Origin: Rhizodiscina lignyota
Lineage: Eukaryota
Direction of reading: 5' to 3'
DNA length: 64,000 nucleotides
NCBI GenBank assembly: GCA_010015805.1
Contig: ML978126.1
Location: forward strand, 620,001 to 684,000
Shown here: piece after piece, positions 13,841-25,713 of the stretch
Position numbering within the stretch: position 1 is the first letter of the stretch
Layout: each line of letters begins with the position of its first letter
Translations under genes and position numbers: made by a program
The notes under the pieces: model-generated
The model's database searches: none
The model's input: the letters and a program-made list of their open reading frames with translations, nothing else
Told to the model about the DNA's origin: nothing

Positions 13841-16771
13841 TCACGCCGTCTGGCCATCCCAACCCACCTCCTCCATCAGCTCCTCCTCATCGCCAAGCTC
13901 ACCGCCATTCCCACCCTCCGCCCCCTCCTCACCCCCCTCCGAAAAGTGCGTCTGCGCGGCACCGGCCATGGTGTCCGCCTCTGGCATGTCGACATCCATC
14001 ATGTCGGTGATGGTGTCGCTGAGCTCCGAGAAGTCGAAGGGCTCCTCCTTGACAAGAAGGCGACTCGGCGCCTGCCAAGCAACGTCCTCCTCAGCTCCAG
14101 ACTCGGCGTCGGGTTTCGGTACCGCGATGCCGGCGGCTCCGCCGCTCATGCCGTATGCCAGTGGGTATTCCATCTGGCCTGTCGAGACGACCTCATGTCC
14201 AGCCTTGATGGCAATCTTGCGATCACCTGGTCCATCGGCCGGAGGTTCAAGCGTCGTGCAGTTCATCACGCCGGCTGCTTCCCACAACCTCACATTCACT
14301 GCGCCGTGACCCTCGCTTTTGCTCGCAGTCCGCACAACGCTCATGAACGGGTACAGGGTGCCCAGCCAAATGTCGTCCTGGCTCTTCTCACCAGGCTCCC
14401 AACCTTCTCCCAACTTTTCGCGATCCTCCGTCTTTCCGCATGTCTGTGACGTCAACTCGCATTCGCTGTTGAAGTCCTTCCTCACTCTCATATGCTCCGT
14501 CACCACCATATTCTTCTGCACCTTGGCCATGATTGTGTTCAACATCCAGCCATCATATCTCTTGACGTCCATCATCACGGCGGAACCCAGACTCTCCTCC
14601 ATGTCACTCTCGCCAAAAGTGAAAAGGTAGTGCAGAAGTCTGACGACGTTGTTATCGTAGGCCCAAGGCATCGTGTCGTCCTGGTTGTCGCAGAAGATGC
14701 TCTTAAGGGACGGTGCGTCGTCGCTCCACACGCCATTCCAGAGGTGGGTATACGATATCGGATCGAAAGACGGTTCGGCCATATCACCATCCATAATTTT
14801 GCACCAATCCTCGGCAAGCATGGTCTTTTCCTTGTCCGCGGAGAACGCCAACAAGCGAAGAAGTATCAGCAGTGTCAGTTTCTGGTGTTGCGGGATGGGT
14901 ATGCCATCTTGTATACCAACGACACCTTCCGAGTGGGTGATGGCAGTCTGGGACCGCCAATTCTGCTCTATCACTCCCTGCAATGTAAGCTGCTCAAGCC
15001 CAGCTTGACATAGCATAGTGTGTGCTGCACACGAGGCGCTCTCGCGACACTGCGGACTGCAATACGAAACTTCGCTGCAGTCATGACAGAGCTGGAATCC
15101 TCCTGGCCAAGCCGTGTATGGACGTTGGTCTCCACTAGCCTCCATGCCTGTAGAGTTGCCCGGGATATGGGAAGGGGAAGCAAGAGAAGGCTCGGATATA
15201 GTTCGACCATCAGCGCCGAGGTCTTGCACATCTGGTGAAGTTGCGGATGGTGCTGCTTCATTCTCGCCATATCCAGGCGCACCTTCGCCCGAAGCGCCCG
15301 CTCTACCGGTATCGTCCGAATTCGGCGGTGTGATGGTAGTGGAACTGGCCCGCCTCATCCTCTCATCTTCTCTGATTCTTTCGTCAGCATCTTCGTCGGT
15401 TCTTGGAGGCTGTGCCGCGCGAGTAAGATTTTGCATCCTTTGCATCCTCTCACGCTTTTCAATCGCAAGCATCGCCTCTGTAACGTTTTCCTCTGCCTTC
15501 TCCCAGGTCTTCTTGGATATCTTAAGGGCGGAGGCGCAGTGATCGCAGAAGATGAACTTTTCACCGTTCATGGCCGAGGTGACGTTGAAACAGCCGTGTT
15601 CAGCGAACAAGAGAGATCGGTCCTCAATGTCTGCAAGAGCATGGAGATGGAAGGATGGGGTTCGGCCGTCTCGAAGCTGTGCCTTGAGAATGAAGCCGCG
15701 TGCAGCGTTCTTCACAGCGAGGTTTAGGCATTTCAGCTTTTGCGTGGTCGCCTGGTTAGGTCCTCTTGGCACGTCGGCTGTGGTGAGAGTGTGGTCGTCC
15801 CAAGGATAGACCTCTCTCTTGATGCGAGTGAAGCGGCTGTTCAAGATATCCCAGACCTTGAGACCGCCTTCGGGCGATCCAGTTGCCTTCTCTTGCTTCT
15901 GAGCCTCTCGGATAAAATCCCAGATCTTGGTTTCCAACTTGTCAAACTGTGGCGTGTCACCGTCAGCGCTATTTGCAGCAATGTAGCCACGCGCAGTGCC
16001 GATGATATCTATGGCGCTTCTTATCGCGCCACCGCCGCACTTCCAAAGTGCTAGAGCGAGTCTGTACAACGCCTTCATCATAGCATCTTCCGCAATTGAT
16101 CTGTTCGTCTCGGTCATTTTGAACGATTGAGGCTCATTCTTTCCTGTCAAAGGTAACTCTGGTCCGAAGAGAGGCTTCGAGGGCAATTGAATAATAGTAC
16201 CTGTACCGTCCTTTGTGGCGCGCAATTTCAGTCGTTTCGACAATGTAAGGCTCGCGAGCTCTTGTCCAAGTAAAGTCGACTTGTCAGCTAGCACGCAGGT
16301 CGGCTCCGTCGCCCATTTTTCTCCTCGCTCAGCAGCATCTCTTGAGAGAGTGGCGTAGTAGATCAGCCAGTTGATCAGCTTATGTCCAACGCTTGACATC
16401 GTATCCTCTGCCCACTGTGCGGTGATGTAGGCACGATAAGCATCATTCGCTGCAAGGGAAGGATGTCCGAGCACGAGATAGCAGAGCGACCGGTTGAGAA
16501 AGGCTGCTGTATGTCCTGGTGCTATCTCAAGAACGTAGGTGTAATGCTTGATCGCGCCGTAAACCTCTCGCGCGGCCAGTAGCTCATTTCCTCGTACGAG
16601 GTGTGGCTCTAATTCTGTTACTCCGTAAAGTCGGCGTGTTCTTCGCCTTGGGGGAGGACTGATGGGATACGAACGCGGCTGGCTGGCTGGTTGAGAATAT
16701 TCCTCACGCCGCAAACGAGGTCGAGCTCGAGATGGTGCGGGTGGAGGCTGTTCAGGAGCTGGCTCATCCAT
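13841..16771 (-). CDS. TPR + split MYND zinc finger + degenerate SET-like (SMYD-like) protein, ~976 aa, intronless
   Basis: TPR-like GNELLAAREVYGAIKHYTYVLEIAPGHTAAFLNRSLCYLVLG; zinc-finger halves FCDHC and CHDCSEVSYCSPQC..H..C; SET-like LHALADIE..LFAE and IKAGHEV. ATG at 16771 (the ORF track starts at an upstream GTG). Confidence 0.8.
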   Translation of the reverse strand: MDEPAPEQPPPAPSRARPRLRREEYSQPASQPRSYPISPPPRRRTRRLYGVTELEPHLVRGNELLAAREVYGAIKHYTYVLEIAPGHTAAFLNRSLCYLVLGHPSLAANDAYRAYITAQWAEDTMSSVGHKLINWLIYYATLSRDAAERGEKWATEPTCVLADKSTLLGQELASLTLSKRLKLRATKDGTGTIIQLPSKPLFGPELPLTGKNEPQSFKMTETNRSIAEDAMMKALYRLALALWKCGGGAIRSAIDIIGTARGYIAANSADGDTPQFDKLETKIWDFIREAQKQEKATGSPEGGLKVWDILNSRFTRIKREVYPWDDHTLTTADVPRGPNQATTQKLKCLNLAVKNAARGFILKAQLRDGRTPSFHLHALADIEDRSLLFAEHGCFNVTSAMNGEKFIFCDHCASALKISKKTWEKAEENVTEAMLAIEKRERMQRMQNLTRAAQPPRTDEDADERIREDERMRRASSTTITPPNSDDTGRAGASGEGAPGYGENEAAPSATSPDVQDLGADGRTISEPSLASPSHIPGNSTGMEASGDQRPYTAWPGGFQLCHDCSEVSYCSPQCRESASCAAHTMLCQAGLEQLTLQGVIEQNWRSQTAITHSEGVVGIQDGIPIPQHQKLTLLILLRLLAFSADKEKTMLAEDWCKIMDGDMAEPSFDPISYTHLWNGVWSDDAPSLKSIFCDNQDDTMPWAYDNNVVRLLHYLFTFGESDMEESLGSAVMMDVKRYDGWMLNTIMAKVQKNMVVTEHMRVRKDFNSECELTSQTCGKTEDREKLGEGWEPGEKSQDDIWLGTLYPFMSVVRTASKSEGHGAVNVRLWEAAGVMNCTTLEPPADGPGDRKIAIKAGHEVVSTGQMEYPLAYGMSGGAAGIAVPKPDAESGAEEDVAWQAPSRLLVKEEPFDFSELSDTITDMMDVDMPEADTMAGAAQTHFSEGGEEGAEGGNGGELGDEEELMEEVGWDGQTA

Positions 16772-18984
16772 TTCGATATCGAACGCAAGCTTGAAAGATT
16801 GCACAGAAAGTTATGGAAGGAGAGAGTGTGTGTGAGGTTGAGAAGATGCAGGAGAAAGAACGAGATCTGATGAAGGCAGAAGTTCATGTTGAGAATAACA
16901 ACACCAGAAGGGCGCTAAGAAAAATTCTCGCGTGTTAAATTAGCGGGTGTTGGAGTGTGTCCAAAACAGGCAGTGACGATTGAGGTTGTTCTTCCCGTTT
17001 GGTGTTATACGCCGCCTCCACTGAAGCCTTTCATACCAAAACAACCACAACCACGACGCAGCTAAGGCAGACCGGCAATCCATCAAACAAACTTCCAAGC
17101 TTTTGTTCTGCGTTTGCTCCTTTGTCTGTTCTTGGATTTCATATATCGTCGCGAAAATGATTCAGGGGCTCCAATGACTGACTGACAGTACTCATGAACA
17201 GCGTGCAAGACGTTCTACTCCATCCAGCACCTGCCTTACCGTTAGGAGAGAAGGGCTTTCCCTTTATTTTCAGAGTCCATTCTCATGATCGCTTTCGTTT
17301 TCTTATTGCGCCGGTGACGAATGATTCCCATAAAGTCTTCTCAATTTCCTCAGGCCTTCGAATATCTCTTCTCCATACGGAACTCCCCATCTCCTGCGAA
17401 CGAACCTGCATCAGCATCGCTCTATCAGTTACGATCGGTGCCTTCCACTTTACACTCTTAGTAGAATGTGGTTGATTGCAATAGAAGGATGTTAAAAGCT
17501 ATCCGGTCTGTGAGACGACAGGAAGACCGTCACAGGAATGCGCTGCGTTGCAAGGGTACTTGTCACCTGCATATCGATCACCGGAAAGCGAAAAGCTTGA
17601 CTGAAACAGACCCCTGCGGGACCCATCTATAGCCTGGGGTAATAAGTAGCATCACGGTCAACCAGACAGTCTGTTCGATGGAAAGAAATCAGAAGACGAG
17701 ACATCTGCACCCCACGAGCACACAAGTCGACGTCGAGGAATGGACGGACGCGTGATTCATTCGGCCCGTCCTCGTCTGATTGGAGCAGCAGATAAGCTAC
17801 AAAGCGGACAGTGCGATGACATAGCGGGCGGCTGGTTTACCAGGCTCCCCGGCGAAACCGTGGACAATGTTTTGGAAACTATCTCGCCGACTTCACGACG
17901 GCTGCGGAGAATGGGGTATCATTGAGGGACTTGGACATGTATATACCACATCTCGGAGGCCTCTATGTGCCGCATAACAGCCTCTAGAAGCGACTGATAG
18001 GCGCAAGTCCGGAAGAGTCACATTCCCTGCGAGCAAAATCTTCTTCAGCATCATGGCAGCGGATCCCCGCGCCATGTCTGCAAGCGGCATAGCTTCCTTT
18101 GCTCACCTGCAGCTCTTCCCTCGCCCGCCGAAGCTCAATCGCTTTTCAACTGAGCTGCTGCCCGCCCACTCGCCTGCACCCAGAAGCAAACCCACCACCA
18201 CTTCCCGCCTTCACAGCTCCTCCAGCCTCCACCACCTCACCTCGAGTGCCCATCGCTCTTTCGACGCGCCAATCCAGCATTGTGAGTGTCCACTCTCTTT
18301 ATTTCACCTCAATCGTGCCGTACGGGCGCCGCTGAGGCTCATGCCGGGCTGTCCCGCGTGCCTCGCGCTGCGTTCGTCGTTGGTGGGACTCGTCCAACCA
18401 GCTCTGCCGCGGTGCTTTGCTTTCTCAGCACCACAACACAGCTCCACGCTCCCCATCGTTGCGACCACGAAAAGCACTCAATTGCACCCTGCAGCACTTT
18501 CAATCCCCTCAATTATCTCATTGGCATCTGTATCGACGTTCTGAGCTTTTCAAAGCCATCGATATCGCTGTTTTGCCAGAGCCCAACACGCGCTAACAGC
18601 CTGAACGCCGCAGCATAAGCCCGCAGAGGTCTTTTCCGTCGAACGCTCGAGCAGTTCAATTTCGGAAGACATCGGACAAGCCTGTCGATTGTTGTGTTTG
18701 CAAGGTACGCACTGTCTCGCAAAGCGGCGTTTCAAGCGCAACAAAATCGCGCATCTTACCACGCCAATTCCATTTTTCTAGCTGCGTTATCCTTGTCGCT
18801 TTCCTCGCACCTCGCTGCTTCATCAACGCTTTACCCGCGTCCACATCAACACATCAAACTTCGTCGCATCCCGGCCTTCGTTTCGCGTCGTCTTCTTCCC
18901 TCAATTGCCTGTACTGACGCGCCTGTCGAGCAGCCCCAATTCCACACATCTCCGAACATCTCCGCTCAACGCACGACGTAAACA

Positions 18985-19176
18985 ATGGCCGCGATCGATC
19001 AGTCCCTCATCTCCCGCGAACTGCACGAGCTCGTGAAGCGCAAGAAGAACTGGGCCGCCAGGGAGCCGGGTGTCATTCTCGTGTTCTGCATCGTCTTCGT
19101 CGTCGCCTCGCTCCTCATTGGCCTTTTCCTGTGGAAAAAGTTCCAGGCACGACGCGCGGCCAAGGCGGACATCTAA
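18985..19176 (+). CDS. 63-aa single-pass membrane microprotein
   Basis: Good start context (AAACAATGG) and strong C/G-ending codon bias. Hydrophobic helix GVILVFCIVFVVASLLIGLFLW is flanked by basic residues. Upstream 5'UTR introns are predicted at 18282-18613 and 18705-18933. Confidence 0.8.
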   Translation: MAAIDQSLISRELHELVKRKKNWAAREPGVILVFCIVFVVASLLIGLFLWKKFQARRAAKADI

Positions 19177-19949
19177 ATGGCGTTTTGATAGCAGGGGAGG
19201 TTGGACGGAGTGGATGATGGTGGTGGGATCCATGTGGGTGTTGACAAGAGAGACACGTGAAGGCGAGGGAAGGCGGAAGGGACGGAGCGATGATGTTCGG
19301 ACGCAGCTGGCCTTAATGCTACTCACGACTCTGTGGGAGGTGCGAGGGGATTCTCTGGGCTGGACAAATACGAGGCGGGAAACTTAGGACGCGCATGTTG
19401 CACATCGTCGGTCTTATCCTCAGATACCAGAATCCTCGTACTCGCTCGGCTGGATCCATTGGATCGGCTGGCCTGTTCATATCACTCATTTTCTCATCAT
19501 ATCTGTATACCACGGCTTGGCTCGTAGCAGCCATCACTGTCAGCTAGATCAATGTGCAATTGAGGTTAATTGAATCCTTTCAGTGCGACTCATAATAAGG
19601 AATCAGATTGAGTTGACGGGGCGATTGGAGCTTTGGAAACCCTTACGATCCTTCTGATGCTTGTATGCACGCTTATATTTCCGCCATAACTTTGACAATC
19701 CTCGTCGCCGTAGCTTCCGCATTGATGAATCATGTCGACAGCATCTCAGCATCACAATGCACAGAAAATTCTGCTTTCAAGGCCAATCAATCTAGTTCGC
19801 CAATATGTTACATGCTTTATGTACGTTGCAAGACTAAAAGCATGACCTTGTGAGAATTGAAAGAACTTCCCCCACACGATCAATGCATCTTTTGCAGCAC
19901 CCGTAATTCATCAACATCTTGAATCCCCCACGCACTTCCATCCCAACAT

Positions 19950-21078
19950 TTATGAAAAAGCCATGCTCTTCTTAATCTCCGCAATTGCCAGCGCCGGATT
20001 CAGGCCCTTCGGACACGTCCTGCTGCAGTTCAAGATGGTGTGGCACCTGTACAAGCTCATGCCGTTGTTCAGCGCATCCTTCCGCTCTTCCGTCTTCTCG
20101 TCGCGAGAATCAGCGATCCAGCGGTACGACTGCAGCAGGACGGCCGGCCCCAGGTACTCCTCGGTGTTCCACCAGTACGACGGGCACGAGGTTGAACAGC
20201 ACGCGCAGAGGATGCATTCGTAGAGGCCATCGAGCTTGCGGCGCTCGGCTTGGGATTGGCGGTTCTCGCGGCCCTAGAGAGTTGTTAGTTTGCTTGTGAA
20301 GGAAGGCGGAAACGCAGCTGAAACGCACGTCTGGTGGGGGTGTGTCGCGCTGGAGGTACGGCTTGATAGAACGGTATTGCTTATAGAAGAGAGTCATGTC
20401 CGGAACGAGGTCCTTGACAACGTATGTGTGAGGAAGAGGGTAGATGCGGGTTTCTTTGGCTGTATCGGTGGGAATGCGGCCTGTTTTGAAGACATTGTCA
20501 GCTGAGTTCTTGACTCCCAGTCGCTACTACCTTCGAGCATTGAAGCTCCGCCACATGTAGGCTATAGAATGGAGATGTTGCAGGGCACATACAAAGACAA
20601 GCCAGCGTATTCACACCATCAATGTTCATGGCACAACTCCCACAGATACCCTCTCTGCAACTCCTCCTGAACGTCAGCGTCGGATCGACCTCATTCTTGA
20701 TCCTGATCAGCGCATCCAGGACCATCGGCCCGGTCTTGTTCAAATCGAGAGTATATGTTTGCATTCGCGGCTTGGACGTTGGTTCGTCAGGATTCCACCG
20801 GTAGATGTGGAAGGACTTGATCTTCGCATCTTTGTCCACCACCGGCTCTTTGACCGTCGAGGTCTTGGATTCGGGGACCACGGGTCGATTTGCGGTAGTC
20901 GTAGTTTGTCCTGCAGCACCCACAGGCTCCACGGAGGCGAATGCGCGCCTCCAGATGGGCTGCGATACTGGTGGCGTGAAGGTTAGCGGGGTGTATGGCG
21001 GGGCCATTGCGAAGATTGGGGAGACATACCTCGTGTTGCCTGGAGCAGGCGAGTAGTAGAAGTGCGCAGCGCAGCCAT
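19950..21078 (-). CDS. SDH2: Succinate dehydrogenase iron-sulfur subunit; exons 21078-21030, 20967-20593, 20480-20329, 20273-19950
   Basis: [17 protein letters not shown] (2Fe-2S), [39 protein letters not shown]; mitochondrial presequence. Confidence 0.98.
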
Positions 21079-22621
21079 TGTTAGGAGCGGAGAGTGGTGG
21101 CACTGTTGTGTGGTGAAGAAGAGGTCAAGAGCGAGTGGTGTCGTCGACGATACTCAGGCTCGTGCCTCGGAAAGACGGTACGGCGGTTTTAGGGAGTTAT
21201 TACCGGCCAATCAGCGCGAAGCGGATACTCATCACCATCGACTTACACTTTGGAAAGAGTATAGTCCTTCTCTCGACAATTTCCAAGGAGAAAGGAATAT
21301 ACAGAGAACTCCTGCAGCTTCGAATGCACAGCTCTACTGCAGTTCAATTCTGTTTGCACCCTCCTTGATGACTGAGCGAGCTTCGAGCGTCTTGCAAGAC
21401 TGGCATTTCAAGAATGACTGTCTGGTAGCCTGCGGCATGGAAACATCTATTTTGCAAACGTCACCAGAGCATGTTGGTCTGTTTGTCTACAAAGTGTTGA
21501 AGCCTTGGTCCCAGCTATGGTGGTATGGTCGAACTTCCGGCCCCGCCAGGCAAAGGCCCCATTCACTAAGTTGTACACCTAGGATTACTATTTTGCACCT
21601 CGCTTCTCAGCTTGTATGTGATTAAGAATGGAAGCTGTGTAATCCTTTGCAGCTTGTAGTGCTAGAATCTAATCTGTTCTATATAGACTGAGCAGAGCAA
21701 ATTCTCCACAGTATATAGAGGCCGTATTCCCTGCGTCACAGAGTAAACAGTTATATTTCTCCTCTCAGTGTCAAGCTTCGATTCGATTATATACGGGCGC
21801 TCAACTTGCAGTTTGTACATTTAGATCGAGCGCCGCCTCAGTTAAATGCCGTTACTTAACTCCCAACTTGTACATAAAGATCGAGCTCTCGATTGAGTTG
21901 GAGTGGAGGCTACACGAGACTTTCAATATTTGTGCATAGCCTAAGATGCTCGAATTATCACAGCATCTCGAAACAAGCGGTAACATAAAGTTGACGGGTG
22001 GATGGATGTCTCAAGAGATTCTGCCAAACATTTCGTTGACCTGCCAATTCGTTCTGCTCTACACATCTGTTAGCCTCCACAAGATGCAAGACATCGCAGT
22101 CGTATAGCTAGCTATTTACGTAACTCTTGCAATAGGCTCAGAGCGGGAATTCTCTTCTGCTACGCTATATACATCAGGTAGGAGAGAACATACATGAAGA
22201 TCTTCGTCGTACGACGAGTCTTCTTGTTGGTCCTAAACGACACCCACCCCATTATATATAAGGCATGAGAGAACAAGAATGCCGAACTCAGGGAGTCGGA
22301 GAGCGCCACACGATCAACTCCGCTGGCAATTGAATGTAAAATTCAGAGATAGTGCGAAACCTGAACAGCTCTGCTCGAGCGGGCTGTCCTGTCTATTGGA
22401 AGATCGAATACTTTCTGTGGCGGGTATGTGCAACACCATTGGCACTCAAACATTATCATTTCTTTTGTGAAAATTAGCAAAGGAATTTGCCGCCCTCGGG
22501 CAACAAGGCAAGTGTCTCTCGCGCCTGGGTCGAACGCCGGCCCAATGAGTAAATTACATGTTTTTTTATCCTCCCTTCCCCCTTTTCCCTTCCCCCCAAA
22601 CTCCCTCCGCACCTTCCTCCC

Positions 22622-25600
22622 CTACACCACCCTCCTCGATCGCCCCTTCCTCATCGCACCCCAGTCATCACCCTCCACCTCCGCGTCGTACTCCTCATCC
22701 TCCGCCCCGTCGAACCCACCCACGCGCTTGTCGCGCTTGTCGCCAACGCGGCGCAGCAGGCCCATGATGCTCTTCTTCTTCTCCTCCTTCAACTCGCCCT
22801 GTGCGGCAGGAGCGGCCGGTGCCGGTGCCGGCGATGGGGCAGGCGCGATCGATGCCGTGTCACCGACGACAGTGACAGGCCGATATCGGCCTGGGATTCC
22901 GATGTTCGAGCGCTCGGAAGGCGCGAGGGACGGTGCGTAGCCCATAGGAAGGCCAGGAGGACCAGGGACTGCGAGACCTTGGTTTGGGGAGCCGGCGATC
23001 GAGGGGAGCTGCTTGCTGCGGGCCTCTGCTGCGGCGCTCTTGTACTGCTTCTGGGCCATCGGTCTGCCCATGCCGTTGTTCATGCCCATCTGATTCGGCA
23101 TCATGCCCATACCGTTGCCGCCGGCCATCGTGTTCGGGTTCATGTTCATGCCCATCTGGTTCGGGTTCATGTTCATACCCATCTGGTTTGGCATCATGCC
23201 CATACCCATCTGATTCTGCATCATGCCCATGCCCATCTGATTTGGCATCATTCCCATATTCATTTGGGGGTGCATTTGGGGGTGCATTTGGGGGTGCATC
23301 TGGTTGTGCATCATACCCATGCCCATCTGGTTCTGCATCATACCCATGGCCATTGGGTTCTGCTGCATCATTCCCATGCCCATGCCCATTCCTTGCATCT
23401 GTTGCTGTGGCATTCCCATGTAACCCATATTCATCTGCGGGTCGAACATCGGAGGGGCCATGTTGGGCAGAGTCATGGTGCGTCCTTGATGGCTCTGCTT
23501 GCGCCACTTCTTCATTTTGTCCTCCTGCTGCAGCGTATCCAACAGAGTGGGAGCGCCGACTGTGCCGCGAGGAGCCTGACCAACATAACCTCCACCGAAG
23601 TTGCTCTGGTAGGAGACTTGGGGCTGCTGGCCGCCGTATTGCTGTGCGTATGGATTTGGAGCGCCGGGAGCGAGCATGCCACCTTGAGAGGCATACATGA
23701 GCGGCAGATCGTCTGGGAACGGAAGTCGTTGAGCGAATGGCGGCAGTTTCTTCGAGGCACGACTGGTTGGTCTCGAGGCTTGCGATTGGCCGGAATCTGG
23801 CCTATTCTGAGTGCCAGTCGGCATGCCATACACACTTGGAGCGATAGACGCATGGCCACGAGCGAGAGAACCGGCCATGGAGAGGCGACGCATTGATTCA
23901 GGATCCTGGCCGAGCGTCTTCGCTTGCATCAGAACGCCGAGCGGCGTGTCATCGTCTTCATCGCTGCTTGCCTTGAGCTTGCCGCCCGTAAGGCTTGGGG
24001 TGCTCTGGTGAGCAGGCGTCTTGCGGTAGTCGGCAAGGGATGGAGGTTTCATGTCTGGCATGTTATGTGCGTATTGAAGGAGGTGGACGTCCTTCTTCGT
24101 CATGATTTCCGGGCTTGTTGACGCTCGGTTGTTTGGAGGGGGACTGGCTCCTGCTGCAGTGGAAGTTGATGAATCAAAATTGATAGACGAAGCAAATGTG
24201 TCTGAGACATCACGACCAACGGATTTAGCCACAGACTGTCTGTGCACTTGCAACAGGGCTTGCTGACGCTCCCTCTGCTTTCGTATCTTCTTCTGCTCTT
24301 CCTCGTCATCTAGATCATCGTACTCGGTAATGTCCTCGTCCTCGTCCAGAGTCTCGCCGCGGCGGATTCGAATCTTTTCATCGTACTGCTCCTGCTGCTT
24401 TGCAGCTTCGAAGTCCTTCTGCGTCATTTTGCGAGTGCCCATCTGGGGGGAAGATTGCGTGTATGTGAGAGCGGAGGTATTGAAGGATTCAGCGCTGCTA
24501 AGACGAGAATGGCCGAAGCCTTTGTTGGCCGGCGCATCACGTGATGGGAGATCACGCTGAATTACGGTAGAATGAGTAGAGACCTTGCTGGGAGTGTCTG
24601 TTGGCTTAGGGAAGATGATTTCATTCTCGCTCGTAGAACCGAAAGTCTGGCGGCTGGATTCGTTGCGGATAGAGGGGGATTGCTCCATATGAGCTGGAAC
24701 TGGTGGTGGGGATTCGGGCGACGATGGCCCACTTGTAGAGGAGTACATGAGTTGATCCGTAGACTTGCGGTTGAAGAGATCTGGAGATGCAGCTGGTTTT
24801 CCAGCAGAGAGCGATGTATCGACGCGCATGGGGTTTGGCATGTGAGAAACGTCGGATCGAATTCCTCCGATAGGCTTGCGCGTTGTCAATGTAGGTTCAG
24901 TGTCCTAATGTTAAAACTGTCAGTATGGGAGGTGGAGCTGAATCTGTGCCAGCAGACGAAACATACCGCTCTGAGGAAGGCGCGTGCCGGTGGCTGCGTC
25001 AATGGCTGGGGAGTCGCGTTGTTGCTCTTGCGTTCTCCAAGACCGGCAAACATATTGTCAAAATCGCTCTCGAAAGAAGTCTGGCCGACAGGAATCGACG
25101 TCTCAAGCTTTGGTGCAACTGCTGTGCTCGCGTAGCTAGATGTAGTCAAGGCCCGCTCGCGCGACAATTGGCTTCGCTGATGCTGCTTCGTACTGCTGTC
25201 GAGTTCGAGCTTTGGTTCTGGAGAACTGTGAGGCGAACTGCGACTAGCGGCACCATTCATGTTAGTTTGACCTGCGGAAAGATGTTAGCTATTCAGTCTC
25301 ACCAGATGTGTTAAGTGAGATCGGAGCATCTACTTACGCGAATGAGGCAATGTATCGTCAATCTCGAACGATGACGGTACAGTGGATGCACTACTGTACC
25401 TGGGAGAAGAAGACGTTGCAGTGTCGCCACCGACGCGAGTGAAGGCACTGCTGGCATGAGAGCCACTGAAAACTATCAGCGCGTTGTAAACAGTTTATAT
25501 CAACCCAACTTACCGCATTCGAGAATCAGGCTTGTCGTCGAACGAGATCACCGGCCGGCCTTTCTGGGGCAGGACGCGAAAGGAGGATTCTGCGGGCAGT

Positions 25601-25713
25601 GCGGTAGTGGAGGGAGATGTGGTAGATGGAGAAGTCGAAGCCTCGTCGAGCACGTTGCTGGCCGACTTGCGTCTGAAAGCTCCTGCGAGCTTCTTGCCCA
25701 CGCCGGGAGCCAT
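22622..25713 (-). CDS. Large low-complexity fungal hypothetical protein (Ser/Pro-rich; Met/Gly/Gln/Asn-rich C-terminal tract); exons 25713-25514, 25465-25338, 25271-24967, 24904-22622
   Basis: Three canonical introns join short ORFs in frame to the 755-aa ORF. Motifs DDDTPLGVL and PSLAPSERSNIG..RYRPV resemble ones I recall from uncharacterised fungal proteins. Confidence 0.8.
23065..23400 (-). repeat. Coding minisatellite encoding (N/Q)QMGMGMM-type repeats plus QMHP x3
   Basis: Recurrent ~24-nt units such as CATCATGCCCATACCCATCTGATT on the + strand; GGGGTGCAT recurs three times at 12-nt spacing. Confidence 0.85.

Noticed and set aside
19950..20273. SDHI-resistance substitutions in SDH2
   Set aside because: CPSYWWN and YRCHTI motifs carry the usual wild-type P, N and H residues.
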